NCBI GenBank assembly: GCA_045106895.1
Contig: JBGCFM010000172.1
Span: 1 to 64,000, forward strand
DNA from: Polyangiales bacterium
Lineage (GTDB): Bacteria > Myxococcota_A > Polyangia > Polyangiales > Houyiibacteriaceae
Direction of reading: 5' to 3'
Length of the DNA: 64,000 nucleotides
Shown here: positions 1-9,258 of the stretch, piece by piece
Numbering within the stretch: the stretch's first letter is position 1
Layout of the letters: every line of letters starts with the position of its first letter
Made by a program: the position numbers and the translations under genes
Notes under the pieces: model-generated
The model's database searches: none
Told to the model about the DNA's origin: nothing
What the model saw: only the letters and a program-made list of their open reading frames with translations

Positions 1-817
1 GTTGATCCGCCAATGCGACGAGGTCCTGTTCCTTCTTGATGAGGGCTCCAAGGAAAGGCAGGTTGGAGTCAAGAGTGACATCCGCGATGCCCGCAGCGCG
101 AAGCACGGTGATCCAGTCGACGAGCTCGCTCGTGCTCGGCCTTTTCCGCAGACGCTTCAAGTTGCGCAGCTCATAGAAAGCCGTGAGCGCTTGCTTGAGC
201 AGAGACTCTTCGAGGTCCGGGTGATGGACACGCACGATGCGGTCCATGAGCTCTGCGCTTGGGAAATCGATGAAGTGGAACACGCAGCGGCGAAGGAACG
301 CGTCCGGCAGTTCCTTTTCGGCGTTGGAGGTGATGATGACGACGGGGCGCTCTTTCGCGACGACCTCGCGCTGTGTCTCGTCGATGACGAAGCGCATTCG
401 GTCGAGCTCGTTGAGGAGGTCGTTGGGGAACTCGACGTCGGCCTTGTCGATCTCGTCGATGAGGAGGATGACGCGCTTGTCCGCGTCGAAGGCCTCACCC
501 ATCGGCCCCATCTTGATGTAGTGGCTTATGTCGCCGACGTCTTTGTCCTGAAAGCGGGAGTCGTACAGCCGCTGCACGGTGTCGTAGACGTAGAGGCCGT
601 CCTGCGCCCGCGTTGTGCTCTTCACGTTCCAGCGGATGAGCGGCATATCGAGCGCGTCGGAGAGCGCTTCTGCTAGCAGCGTCTTCCCGGTACCAGGCTC
701 GCCGCGAATCAGAAGTGGGCGTTCGAGGACCAAGGCCGTGTTGACGGCGGATTCGAGTGCTTCGCTCGTCAGGTAAGAGTCAGTTCCGGTGAAGCGGCGA
801 AAAGGGGTCTGGGTCAT
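1..817 (-). CDS. MoxR-family AAA+ ATPase (3' end runs off the window)
   Basis: Not in the ORF track. Manual minus-strand translation from ATG at 817 gives MTQTPFRRFTGTDSYLTSEALESAVNTALVLERPLLIRGEPGTGKT (Walker A), later LLIDEIDKAD (Walker B) and ELPDAFLRRC. Confidence 0.9.
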   Translation of the reverse strand, partial: MTQTPFRRFTGTDSYLTSEALESAVNTALVLERPLLIRGEPGTGKTLLAEALSDALDMPLIRWNVKSTTRAQDGLYVYDTVQRLYDSRFQDKDVGDISHYIKMGPMGEAFDADKRVILLIDEIDKADVEFPNDLLNELDRMRFVIDETQREVVAKERPVVIITSNAEKELPDAFLRRCVFHFIDFPSAELMDRIVRVHHPDLEESLLKQALTAFYELRNLKRLRKRPSTSELVDWITVLRAAGIADVTLDSNLPFLGALIKKEQDLVALADQ

Positions 818-902
818 CGCTCGGGACTCTAGGGCCACTCGCTGCACCACGCACGTGGACTTCGTTGCTCGAAGGACGGCGACATCATGCTAAGGCCGTT
901 GC

Positions 903-1766
903 GTGGCTCGCGGACTGCCGATCTGGATACTTCTCATGCTCACCGGCTGCGATTGCGGTTCGGAGACGCTGCAGGTCGAGGGCCCGAATCCCTACGTGCG
1001 CTGTCTCGCTTTCGACGTGGACGAAGGACCGCTCGAATCGGCCGGCGCCACGATTGAGGGACATACGCTCTCGCTCGAAGTGACGAAACCTATCCAGTTC
1101 TTCTCGGTGCGCGCTTCAACGCTACCGTGGCTCGCCGAAAACGAAAACGACGACGTCCTCCAGGTCGTGTTGGGCGGTTTCGCAAGAGACGCCGAGGAGG
1201 CAGTCCCACTCCTCTCAGCGCTGGCTGCCCGGGGCCCGGCTCTTCTTATCCTCGGCGGCGACGACGACGTGGAGGTCTTTCAGGACGCCCTCGACGAGCT
1301 CAGCGCGCCGAACTTGATCAGCCTTCTGGGAGTGCGACGCGTCGATTTGGGTGGGGCCACCGGAATGGTAGTCGTCCACGGCGCCCCAAACGGTCGCTAC
1401 GCGCGAGGCGACTCCGCATGTGGTTATTCACCTGAAGATCTCGCGCTGCTCGCCGACGACGGTGAGGAGGGCGATCTCCTGGTGAGTTGGATGGTGCCCA
1501 GCAGCGGCGAGATGAGCGAAGGGGTTCTCGGTCAGCAGGCGGGCGACGACTCGCTCGCTCAGCTCGTGACGGACCTCTCGTTGGATGGTGGAGTTCACGC
1601 CTGGCCAACCGAACAGGCCGGTTTCCGTGACCTGGAGGGCAAGCGCTTCGTCGTCTCGGTGCCCGGCGGATTCCATGTGAGCCCTGAAGGTGGGCGTTTC
1701 TTTGGAGAGCCCCTCATTGCGGGCGTTGACGGCGGGTCCTGGTCCTTCGGCTCGGATTCTCCCTGA
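903..1766 (+). CDS. Lipoprotein with a probable degenerate metallophosphoesterase-like fold
   Basis: Lipobox LLMLTGC. Segments VVLGG, ILGGDDD, LLVSW and VHAWP fall where Icc-type metallophosphoesterase motifs would be, but lack most metal ligands. Confidence 0.55.
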   Translation: MARGLPIWILLMLTGCDCGSETLQVEGPNPYVRCLAFDVDEGPLESAGATIEGHTLSLEVTKPIQFFSVRASTLPWLAENENDDVLQVVLGGFARDAEEAVPLLSALAARGPALLILGGDDDVEVFQDALDELSAPNLISLLGVRRVDLGGATGMVVVHGAPNGRYARGDSACGYSPEDLALLADDGEEGDLLVSWMVPSSGEMSEGVLGQQAGDDSLAQLVTDLSLDGGVHAWPTEQAGFRDLEGKRFVVSVPGGFHVSPEGGRFFGEPLIAGVDGGSWSFGSDSP

Positions 1767-1793
1767 AGCCCGGCCGCCGGTCGGCGTCGCAGG

Positions 1794-1821
1794 TTGACAG
1801 GGGGATTTGTCGCGATAGACA
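1794..1821 (+). promoter_or_regulatory. Sigma70-type promoter for the yceD-fab operon
   Basis: TTGACA (1794-1799), 16-nt spacer, TAGACA (1816-1821), 9 nt before ATG 1831. Confidence 0.5.
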
Positions 1822-1830
1822 GGCCTCGCG

Positions 1831-2394
1831 ATGGCCCGCTTCATCCTGACTATCCCTGAGATCGAGACGGCCGGTGGCTCCCTCGAAAAATCGTTTGTCC
1901 TCGACACGGCGTGGCTTCGCACCGCCCTCGAAGGAACAGAGTTCCAGGCGCCGGACGACCAAAGCGAGCCGCTCCACGTGGTGGCTCGCCAGATCATGGA
2001 AGATGTTCTTGTTGAGGGCCGGTTTCGAACGGTCCTAAGCGGAACCTGCGCGCGATGTTCTGAGCCTCTGCCCATCGAGATGAACGGGACATTCACCCAG
2101 CTGTTCACAAATCGAACACAGACCGAACTCCCAGAGGAGCTCGAGCTGACACCGGAAGACTTGGAACGCGAGACCTTCGCCGGCGAGTCCATCGCCCTCG
2201 ACGCTTTTGTCCGCGAGTTCATTCTTCTCGAGGTGCCGATGAGCCCCAAATGCGAGGGCGGATGCAAGGACCCGGTGATCAACCGAATTCTGGGACTCGA
2301 TGACGAGGGGAACCCGCTTCCGGAGAAGAAGCCTGCCGGTCCACTGGCGGCGCTCGCAGATCTCGCAGAAAAAATGAAAAAGGGAGAGTCCTGA
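1831..2394 (+). CDS. yceD: YceD/DUF177 family protein (23S rRNA accumulation)
   Basis: CARC...P motif and LEVPMSPKCEGGC; typical position upstream of fab genes. Confidence 0.85.
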   Translation: MARFILTIPEIETAGGSLEKSFVLDTAWLRTALEGTEFQAPDDQSEPLHVVARQIMEDVLVEGRFRTVLSGTCARCSEPLPIEMNGTFTQLFTNRTQTELPEELELTPEDLERETFAGESIALDAFVREFILLEVPMSPKCEGGCKDPVINRILGLDDEGNPLPEKKPAGPLAALADLAEKMKKGES

Positions 2395-3140
2395 TGTTCA
2401 GCTTGGAAGGCAAAGTCGCACTCGTTACCGGCGGAAGTCGGGGCATCGGCCGAGCTATTTGCGAGACCCTCGCCGGCGCCGGCGCGCATGTGATCGTCAA
2501 TTATCGCAGTGGAGCGGACGAAGCGGCTCAGGTCGTAGCGGCCATCGAAGCCAAGGGCGGCAAGGCGGAGGCGCTGGCTTTTGACGTTTCCGACCCCGAA
2601 TCGGTCGGTTCGGCGCTTCGCGATCTTGCCAAACGCTGCGGCGGGCTCCACATCCTGGTGAACAATGCCGGAATTGCGATGGATCAGCTTCTCCTGAGAG
2701 TGAAGCCAGAAGAGGTCGAGCGCACGTTCGCTGTGAACGTCGCCGGCGCGATTTACTGCTCAAAAGCGGCAATTCGACCCATGATGAAGGCCAGAAGTGG
2801 CCGGATCGTCAACCTTTCCAGCGTCGTTGCGGAGTCGGGCAACCCAGGGCAAGCGGTGTATGCCGCGAGCAAAGCGGCCCTCATCGGGTTGACGAAGACA
2901 CTCGCTCGGGAGTACGCCTCGCGCGGCGTTACGGTGAATGCCGTCGCGCCAGGGTTTATCGAAACGGACATGACAGCCGCTCTCCCAAAAGAAGCCCAAG
3001 AAGGCATCATCGCTCAAACACCGGCGGGCCGTGTGGGTCGCCCTGAGGAAATCGCTGCCGCGGTCCTCTATTTGGTGAGCGATGAGGCTGCCTTCGTGAC
3101 TGGGCAGACGTTGCGGGTTAACGGCGGAATGTACGTTTGA
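2394..3140 (+). CDS. fabG: 3-oxoacyl-ACP reductase
   Basis: TGGSRGIG, NNAGI, YAASK, GQTLRVNGG; next to acpP. Confidence 0.95.
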   Translation: MFSLEGKVALVTGGSRGIGRAICETLAGAGAHVIVNYRSGADEAAQVVAAIEAKGGKAEALAFDVSDPESVGSALRDLAKRCGGLHILVNNAGIAMDQLLLRVKPEEVERTFAVNVAGAIYCSKAAIRPMMKARSGRIVNLSSVVAESGNPGQAVYAASKAALIGLTKTLAREYASRGVTVNAVAPGFIETDMTAALPKEAQEGIIAQTPAGRVGRPEEIAAAVLYLVSDEAAFVTGQTLRVNGGMYV

Positions 3141-3190
3141 AACAACATTTTGGATTTTGCGGGTACGCCCGCTTGGTAAAGGATTGAAAT

Positions 3191-3424
3191 ATGGAAACCG
3201 CGGATAAGGTCAAAGAGATCATTTCGCAGCAGCTCGACGTCGACGGCGCTGAGCTCAAGCCAGAGGCTTCGTTCATCGACGACCTCGGTGCCGACTCGCT
3301 CGCTATCGTTGAGCTGGTCCTCGCATTCGAGGAAGAGTTCGACATCGACATTCCAGACGACGACACGGAACAAATCCGTACCGTCGGCGACGCCGTCAAG
3401 TACATCACAGAACACGCCAAGTGA
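3191..3424 (+). CDS. acpP: Acyl carrier protein
   Basis: DLGADSL phosphopantetheine motif; 77 aa, acidic. Confidence 0.97.
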   Translation: METADKVKEIISQQLDVDGAELKPEASFIDDLGADSLAIVELVLAFEEEFDIDIPDDDTEQIRTVGDAVKYITEHAK

Positions 3425-3426
3425 TG

Positions 3427-3460
3427 GTGCGCGCCCCTTGGTTGGGGCGCCCACTTGCTT
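3427..3460 (+). terminator. Stem-loop after acpP (partial terminator or mRNA stabiliser)
   Basis: GTGcGCGCCCC-TTGGTT-GGGGCGCcCAC followed by TTGCTT. Confidence 0.55.
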
Positions 3461-3519
3461 AACGGTCTCAACCGGCACGTTTCCGCGCTCGGCTTTCGGG
3501 CGCTTTCGAAAGAAGGCTC

Positions 3520-4758
3520 ATGAAGAGGGTAGTCGTAACGGGTGTAGGGGTCGTGAGCCCCTGCGGAAAAAACGCAGCGACCACGTGGGATAGCGTGGTG
3601 GCTGGGCGTAGTGGCATCCGCCCGATCGAGTCGTTTGACGCGAGCGATATCACCACGACCTTTGGTGGTGAATGCTGGGACTTCGATCCGTCGGAGACCA
3701 TAGAGCCGCGCAAGCAAAAAGAGATGGCTCGTTTCACGATGATGGCCATGGCCGCCAGTCGCGAAGCCATCGAGTCGTCCGGGTTCGATCCCTCGGACGA
3801 GCTCCGCGAGCGAACCGGCACCTTCATTGGTGTCGGTTTCTGCGGCATGGAGGTCGTCGAGAAACAACACTCTCGCCTCGTCGCGAAGGGCCCGCGGCGC
3901 GTGAGCCCTTACTTTATCCCCTCAGCGATCTCGAACCTCGCCCCGGGCCAGGTGTCGATGGAGTGGGGATACAAGGGGCCAAGCATCACCACGACGAGCG
4001 CATGCTCCAGTGGCGCCCACGCATTGGGCGAAGCGTTTCGCTGGATTCAACACGGCCGCATGGACGCGGCCGTCGCCGGCGGCGCCGAAGCCGCGCTGAC
4101 GCGGCTTGGGTTGTCGGGTTTCGCCTCGATGCGCGCGCTCTCCAAGCGTAACGGTGAGCCCACCAAGGCCAGCCGTCCCTTCGACGCGGACCGTGATGGA
4201 TTCGTGATGTCCGAAGGCGCGGGCATCTTGATGCTCGAGGAGCGAGATGCCGCCATGAAGCGCGGCGCGAACATCCTCGCCGAGCTCGTCGGCTACGGAG
4301 CGACGGCGGATGCGTTTCACATTACACAGCCCGCGCCCAACCACGAAGGTGCGCAGCGTTCCATGCGTGAGTGCCTCCAGGATGCGAAGATCGACCCAAC
4401 GAGCGTCGGCTACGTCAACGCGCATGGAACCTCCACGCCCGCTGGTGACGCGGGCGAACTGACGGCGGTCCGCAAGGTCTTCGGCGATCACGCGACGGAT
4501 CTGAGTATTTCGAGCACGAAGAGTTCCACGGGGCACTTGCTCGGGGCCGCAGGCGGCATCGAGGCAGTCTTCGCGGTCCAGTCCATCGCCAACGGCATCA
4601 TCCCGCCGACGATGAACTTGGACACGCCGGACCCCGCGGGCGACGGTCTCGACTTGGTTCCTCACGAAGCGAAGGAGCGCGCGGTGGACGCTGTTCTTTC
4701 CAACTCCTTCGGATTCGGTGGCACCAACGCGAGCCTGATCTTCCGGAGGCACGCGTGA
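3520..4758 (+). CDS. fabF: 3-oxoacyl-ACP synthase II
   Basis: SACSSG catalytic Cys, NAHGTST, GHLLGAAG, SNSFGFGG. Confidence 0.97.
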   Translation: MKRVVVTGVGVVSPCGKNAATTWDSVVAGRSGIRPIESFDASDITTTFGGECWDFDPSETIEPRKQKEMARFTMMAMAASREAIESSGFDPSDELRERTGTFIGVGFCGMEVVEKQHSRLVAKGPRRVSPYFIPSAISNLAPGQVSMEWGYKGPSITTTSACSSGAHALGEAFRWIQHGRMDAAVAGGAEAALTRLGLSGFASMRALSKRNGEPTKASRPFDADRDGFVMSEGAGILMLEERDAAMKRGANILAELVGYGATADAFHITQPAPNHEGAQRSMRECLQDAKIDPTSVGYVNAHGTSTPAGDAGELTAVRKVFGDHATDLSISSTKSSTGHLLGAAGGIEAVFAVQSIANGIIPPTMNLDTPDPAGDGLDLVPHEAKERAVDAVLSNSFGFGGTNASLIFRRHA

Positions 4759-5183
4759 TTTTCTTCGGTGCAGACCATGCCGGTTTTGCGCTGAAGGATG
4801 CGCTCGTCGCGGTCGCCAAGGAGCGTGGCCTCGAAGTCACGGATTTAGGCACGAACGGCGACGAGAGCGTCGACTATCCGGACTTCGGCCACGCCGTCGC
4901 CAAGTCGGTCCTGGAGAATCCAGGCTCCCTTGGCGTTCTCGTCTGCGGAACCGGGCAAGGCATCTCGATGTCCGCGAACCGACACCCTGGTATCCGTGCC
5001 GCGCTCTGCTCGGACATCTTCAGCGCTCAGATGAGCCGCATGCACAACAACGCGAACATCCTATGTATGGGCGCACGTGTGGTGGGCGGCGGTCTCGCGG
5101 TGGAGATACTCAACGCGTTCCTAGGCGCCGAGTTCGAGGGTGGACGGCACGCGCGCCGCGTCGCCAAGATCGAGCTGGCTTAG
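4755..5183 (+). CDS. rpiB: Ribose-5-phosphate isomerase B
   Basis: GADHAG, DYPD, CGTGQG, HNNAN, FEGGRH; GTGA overlap with fabF. Confidence 0.95.
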   Translation: MIFFGADHAGFALKDALVAVAKERGLEVTDLGTNGDESVDYPDFGHAVAKSVLENPGSLGVLVCGTGQGISMSANRHPGIRAALCSDIFSAQMSRMHNNANILCMGARVVGGGLAVEILNAFLGAEFEGGRHARRVAKIELA

Positions 5184-5184
5184 T

Positions 5185-5379
5185 TTGATCATTCCCCAAG
5201 ACGAGCTCTTTCGTCGGGAAGCCGCGAAGTTCGGCCTTCGCTGGAACTGCGAGGACTGCTCCCGGTTCAACAATGAAGCGCGCTGCGCGCACGGCTTCCC
5301 CACGGAGAAGCATCGGCGGGCTCGCTACGAAGACCCCGACGCCTCGCTCTACTTCTGCAAAGAGTTCGATCTCAAGTAA
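5185..5379 (+). CDS. Small Cys/His-containing hypothetical protein (64 aa)
   Basis: In-frame TTG just after the rpiB stop; CEDC...CAHG...FCKEF. Confidence 0.65.
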   Translation: MIIPQDELFRREAAKFGLRWNCEDCSRFNNEARCAHGFPTEKHRRARYEDPDASLYFCKEFDLK

Positions 5380-5412
5380 CGAGCCCTCAGGGAGCTGTGC
5401 TAAAATCCCGCC

Positions 5413-6108
5413 ATGGCTTCTTGGTCTCGACTTCTCGGTCTAGCGCTCCTGCCCGTTGCCTTTGGGTGCACGGCGGACCTGCCGCCGCTCACCGTCGTGC
5501 TCGGTGTCGACTGGGAAGAGAGCCGAACCACCGTCGAAGGCGAAGAGCGTTGGCGCACGTTTCGGCTCGAAGCCGACAGCCTCGTCGTCACACAACACTG
5601 CGGGACGACGGAGGTGGAAGCGGTCGTCCCAGCGGCGCATCGCTTCATCGTCTACGTACTTGAGTCGATCACGGTGAACACCGTGGTCGACGGGGACAAC
5701 TGCATGGCGTCGTACTCGATGAGAGGGTTCGAGCTGGAGCTCGAACCCGACGGCCAGAACGTACAAACCCTTGGCGATACGGACGACACGGTCTTGCGTC
5801 CTTACACAGACGTGAATGGACTCTTCGGTGGGCGCACCTTCCTGAACGACGATGGTGCTGACGTGGAGTGGTACTTCACGCCTACCACCATTGAGACCGT
5901 CGTGCGCTGCCCCAACAATCTTAGGGCCAGCGCGACGGTTCCCGTGGACCTCGAACACTACTTTGAGATCGACGAGGCGGACGCAGTTACACAGACCGAA
6001 GGCTCATGCGAGCTTGTCGTCGAGGGGGGGACCTATCGCTACCTACCCGACAATGGCGAGCTTGGGCTCGTCCTCGACGGCAACGAGATCCGACTCACAC
6101 GACCGTAG
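5413..6108 (+). CDS. Hypothetical lipoprotein
   Basis: Lipobox VAFGC; beta-rich acidic mature part; TGcTAAAAT 6 nt upstream of ATG. Confidence 0.75.
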   Translation: MASWSRLLGLALLPVAFGCTADLPPLTVVLGVDWEESRTTVEGEERWRTFRLEADSLVVTQHCGTTEVEAVVPAAHRFIVYVLESITVNTVVDGDNCMASYSMRGFELELEPDGQNVQTLGDTDDTVLRPYTDVNGLFGGRTFLNDDGADVEWYFTPTTIETVVRCPNNLRASATVPVDLEHYFEIDEADAVTQTEGSCELVVEGGTYRYLPDNGELGLVLDGNEIRLTRP

Positions 6109-6118
6109 AGCGCCGCGC

Positions 6119-7267
6119 TTAGAGAGCCTCATGATCGGTGCGTCGAAACCGGCCATCATCGCATTCGAAGCGCCGAATCGAGAGCTCGTCGCCCAGGGCC
6201 TCGGCGACCACAAGGGACTCGCCTGTCCACACCGCCCGAGCGTGCTTGCTCAGAATCACGTGGGGCAGCATCCCTTCAACTTGAGCCCGTGGCGCGCGAA
6301 CGGGTTGCCCAATGGTGCCCCAGCGCCACGACACGCCATCGTCGCCACACTCAAGTCGCGGCGTGCCGCTCAGTTCGACGACCTCACGGCCGGCGTTGGC
6401 GACGTAGGTTCCTTTTCCGCTTTCGCATTCCGAACTGATCAAGACGCCGTCGAGCACCTGAGACATGGTTCGCGGCTCGCAGCCACTGAGGATATGTTCG
6501 GCGTGGGCGTACTGGGGGTCGAACTGGAGCCCAAAGACCGTCGTGCGGGGAGCGCCGTCCTCTAGGGAACAGACGCCTTGGTACCAAGTGTCGCCGGTCG
6601 ACGCGAACCCGACGATGGGCGCATGACACGGCGTCGGAATCGCAAGTCCACCCCCACGACGGCCGGATGTGCTGCCCGTGTGGTGCACTCCGAAACGCGC
6701 ACACCGGGAGCTACCACCATCTTCGCATGGGCCATCTTCGCGTCGGTGAAAGAGCGCGAAGCCGCCTTCATGGACAGCGAGAGCGAGGGACCCACGTCCG
6801 GTGTGGGTCCGCGTTGTAGAGTCCACCAGCGTAGGCTCGCCCGGGCTCGTCGCCTGCGCGTCGAGGAGCATTGAGCGTATCTTGAACACCAGTTGATCTC
6901 TTTCCACCCAGGCGACGCGGAGACGCCCTCCGTGCGCCAGGGCGGCGATCTCGTCTGCTTGTGGAGCGAGTTCTCTCGCAGCTTCCCCCCCACCAACGAG
7001 CACTCGCTCGGGTCCTACCGCTTCACCTTGAGGGCCTAGGCTTAGGGCACGAAGGCCGCCTCCTTGGGCAGACGGAGGTCCAAAGACGAGGAGGGGCCCC
7101 TCGTCTCCAATCGTGAGGTCGAAGGAGCCAGGGCCGGCGACGAGCCGTGGGGCGGCCACGGCTATGCGAACCGGTGGAGGCGGTGGATCTGGGAGCTGAA
7201 GCGGCTGCGGTTCATCACCGCAGCCAATGGCGAGGAGCAGACACCACGGGAGCATACGAAAGCGCAT
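6119..7267 (-). CDS. Hypothetical lipoprotein (possibly beta-propeller-like)
   Basis: Lipobox LAIGC, Pro-rich linker, repeated short beta segments and paired Cys. Confidence 0.7.
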   Translation of the reverse strand: MRFRMLPWCLLLAIGCGDEPQPLQLPDPPPPPVRIAVAAPRLVAGPGSFDLTIGDEGPLLVFGPPSAQGGGLRALSLGPQGEAVGPERVLVGGGEAARELAPQADEIAALAHGGRLRVAWVERDQLVFKIRSMLLDAQATSPGEPTLVDSTTRTHTGRGSLALAVHEGGFALFHRREDGPCEDGGSSRCARFGVHHTGSTSGRRGGGLAIPTPCHAPIVGFASTGDTWYQGVCSLEDGAPRTTVFGLQFDPQYAHAEHILSGCEPRTMSQVLDGVLISSECESGKGTYVANAGREVVELSGTPRLECGDDGVSWRWGTIGQPVRAPRAQVEGMLPHVILSKHARAVWTGESLVVAEALGDELSIRRFECDDGRFRRTDHEAL

Positions 7268-7353
7268 GCTTTGAGGGTCGCATGAGAGCTTGGCGAGAGG
7301 GGAGGGAATCGAGGCCCTTGACCCTTCGTCGTCTGCAACACAGCTTGGAGTCG

Positions 7354-8268
7354 ATGTTCGACAACCTCCCCGAGTCAGTTTCTATCTACGAAGTCTCACC
7401 GCGCGATGGGCTCCAGAACGAGTCTGCGATGGTCGCGACCCATGCAAAGGTGCGCTTGATCGAGGCTCTCGTCGCCGCGGGCTTGAAGCGTGTAGAGGTC
7501 ACAAGCTTCGTGTCGCCGAAGTGGGTCCCTCAGATGGCGGACGCCGACCAGGTTTGTCAGATGCTCAACCGGCAGAAAGACGTGACCTACTCAGCGCTTG
7601 TGCCGAACGCACGGGGACTCGAGCGCGCGCTTGCCGCGGACCTCGATGAGGTCGCGGTGTTCATCTCTGCGTCGGAGACCCACAACCTCAAGAACGTGAA
7701 CAAGACCATCGCCACCACTCTGAGCGCCTTCGAAGGCGTGATCGGCCCAGCGCTGGCAGCGAACAAACGTGTGCGCGCGTACGTCTCCACGGTTTGGGGC
7801 TGCCCTTACGAAGGGGACGTGGACGTGAACGCGGCCGCGGATCTCGCCGTCGAGCTTATCGATCGCGGCTGCTACCAAGTGAGCCTAGGCGACACCATTG
7901 GCGTGGGAACTCCCGTTCAGACGAAGCGTATCCTCGACGTGATGTTGTCCAGGCTTCCCGCCGAGAAGCTGGCGCTTCACCTTCATGACACCCGCGGAAC
8001 GGCTCTCGCCAATCTCTTGGTGGGCGTGGAGAGTGGGATCCGGGACTTCGACGCCTCCGTGGGCGGACTCGGAGGCTGTCCCTACGCGCCAGGCGCAGCG
8101 GGTAACCTCGCAACCGAAGACCTGGTGTACACGCTCGCCGGAATGGGCATCGACGCGGGCGTCGACATGGAGAAGGTTTGGCACGCTGGCCAGGTTGCCG
8201 AGGCGATTTGCGGACGCTCCTTGCCGGGCAAGGTTCATCAAGCGGGCGTTCGGGCCCTCGCAAACTGA
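7354..8268 (+). CDS. Hydroxymethylglutaryl-CoA lyase
   Basis: EVSPRDGLQNE, LGDTIG, HLHDT, GGCPYAPGAAGN. ATG 7354 with GGAG upstream is preferred over the track start at 7147. Confidence 0.93.
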   Translation: MFDNLPESVSIYEVSPRDGLQNESAMVATHAKVRLIEALVAAGLKRVEVTSFVSPKWVPQMADADQVCQMLNRQKDVTYSALVPNARGLERALAADLDEVAVFISASETHNLKNVNKTIATTLSAFEGVIGPALAANKRVRAYVSTVWGCPYEGDVDVNAAADLAVELIDRGCYQVSLGDTIGVGTPVQTKRILDVMLSRLPAEKLALHLHDTRGTALANLLVGVESGIRDFDASVGGLGGCPYAPGAAGNLATEDLVYTLAGMGIDAGVDMEKVWHAGQVAEAICGRSLPGKVHQAGVRALAN

Positions 8269-8284
8269 GGTCTGGGTCGGCGGA

Positions 8285-9022
8285 TCAGTTCAGCAAGAAG
8301 ATCAAGCCGGCCCACGTCATGGTGGCGTAAGTCATCAGCCCGATGCCCAAGTGGATGGTGCTGAGTGCCTGAAGCGTTCCGTAGTTGTTTGCGCGGTCCA
8401 TGCCAAAAGACTCGGCGTTTGCGATGACGATGCCGAGGGCCATCTGCGCGACCATGCCGGCGAAGTGAACCCAACGAAGGCGTTTGTGTCGACGCAGGTT
8501 GCGCGCGTATTCGCCATCCCCGTTGTCGAGACCGATGGGGTCCGGCATCCGCAAGGAGAGGGTGAAGGTCGAAGTGTAGAGGGCGGCCGTGAGAATGGAT
8601 GTCGCCAAATGGGGCCAAGGCGTGTCGACACACGCGGCTTGCCCGAAGGCTGGACTTCCGCTCACACAAGGCGTGTCCGCCGCGGAGCTAAAGAAACCAT
8701 ACAGGTTGTTGTACTGAAGCCACCCAAGCGCGACGGTCACAGTCATCGACGCCCAGGTCGCGATACCCATCCATTTATGGAGAGGGGTGAGTCGCGCGCG
8801 GGTCTGCATCCGCTCGGCGACGCTCCCTGCCTCCGGGACGCTGGGGCTTGACCCCTCGGCTTCGTCGGGGGTGGTTTCTTCGGGGTCCGGGTCCGCCGCC
8901 TGCATCGCGAGCTGAACGGCAGCTCCGTGCGACATTGGAGTTTGCGGCATGTACCCCGGATCCAGGGAAAGCTGGAAACCGAAAATGGGTGTGGCGATGA
9001 GGAGCGCGGCGAGAGTGCCCAT
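8285..9022 (-). CDS. Membrane protein, signal peptide plus four TM helices with His residues (cytochrome b561-like?)
   Basis: Hydrophobic segments carrying LHKW, PHL, RHK/WVHF and IHL. Start at 9022 is supported by TATACT 6 nt upstream. Confidence 0.65.
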   Translation of the reverse strand: MGTLAALLIATPIFGFQLSLDPGYMPQTPMSHGAAVQLAMQAADPDPEETTPDEAEGSSPSVPEAGSVAERMQTRARLTPLHKWMGIATWASMTVTVALGWLQYNNLYGFFSSAADTPCVSGSPAFGQAACVDTPWPHLATSILTAALYTSTFTLSLRMPDPIGLDNGDGEYARNLRRHKRLRWVHFAGMVAQMALGIVIANAESFGMDRANNYGTLQALSTIHLGIGLMTYATMTWAGLIFLLN

Positions 9023-9258
9023 GGCGGGAGTATATGCTGAACTTGGCTGAGATTTGCATACGTTTTGCACCTGATTTGGGTCTTGATTGAAGACGGCCCC
9101 CCCGCTTACCATCAGCGGCATTCCGCTTGAGTGATTTACTCACGGAAATCTCTGCGTTTTTGAAGTTTTGGCCGCCGTGAGTCTCACGTCGGCAAGCAAC
9201 GAGTAAGGGGATGCGACACGCGCAAAACCACGCTCGGTTGAATGGAGCACCGCACTCG

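Noticed and set aside
2..676. 224-aa plus-strand ORF
   Set aside because: Antisense shadow of the MoxR AAA ATPase, which has clear Walker motifs on the minus strand.
3473..3488. CGGCACGTTTCCGCGC as a sigma54 promoter before fabF
   Set aside because: No GC at the N10 position.
9044..9058. TGGCTGAGATTTGCA as a sigma54 promoter for the giant TPR gene
   Set aside because: GG-GC spacing is 9 nt, not the required 10.
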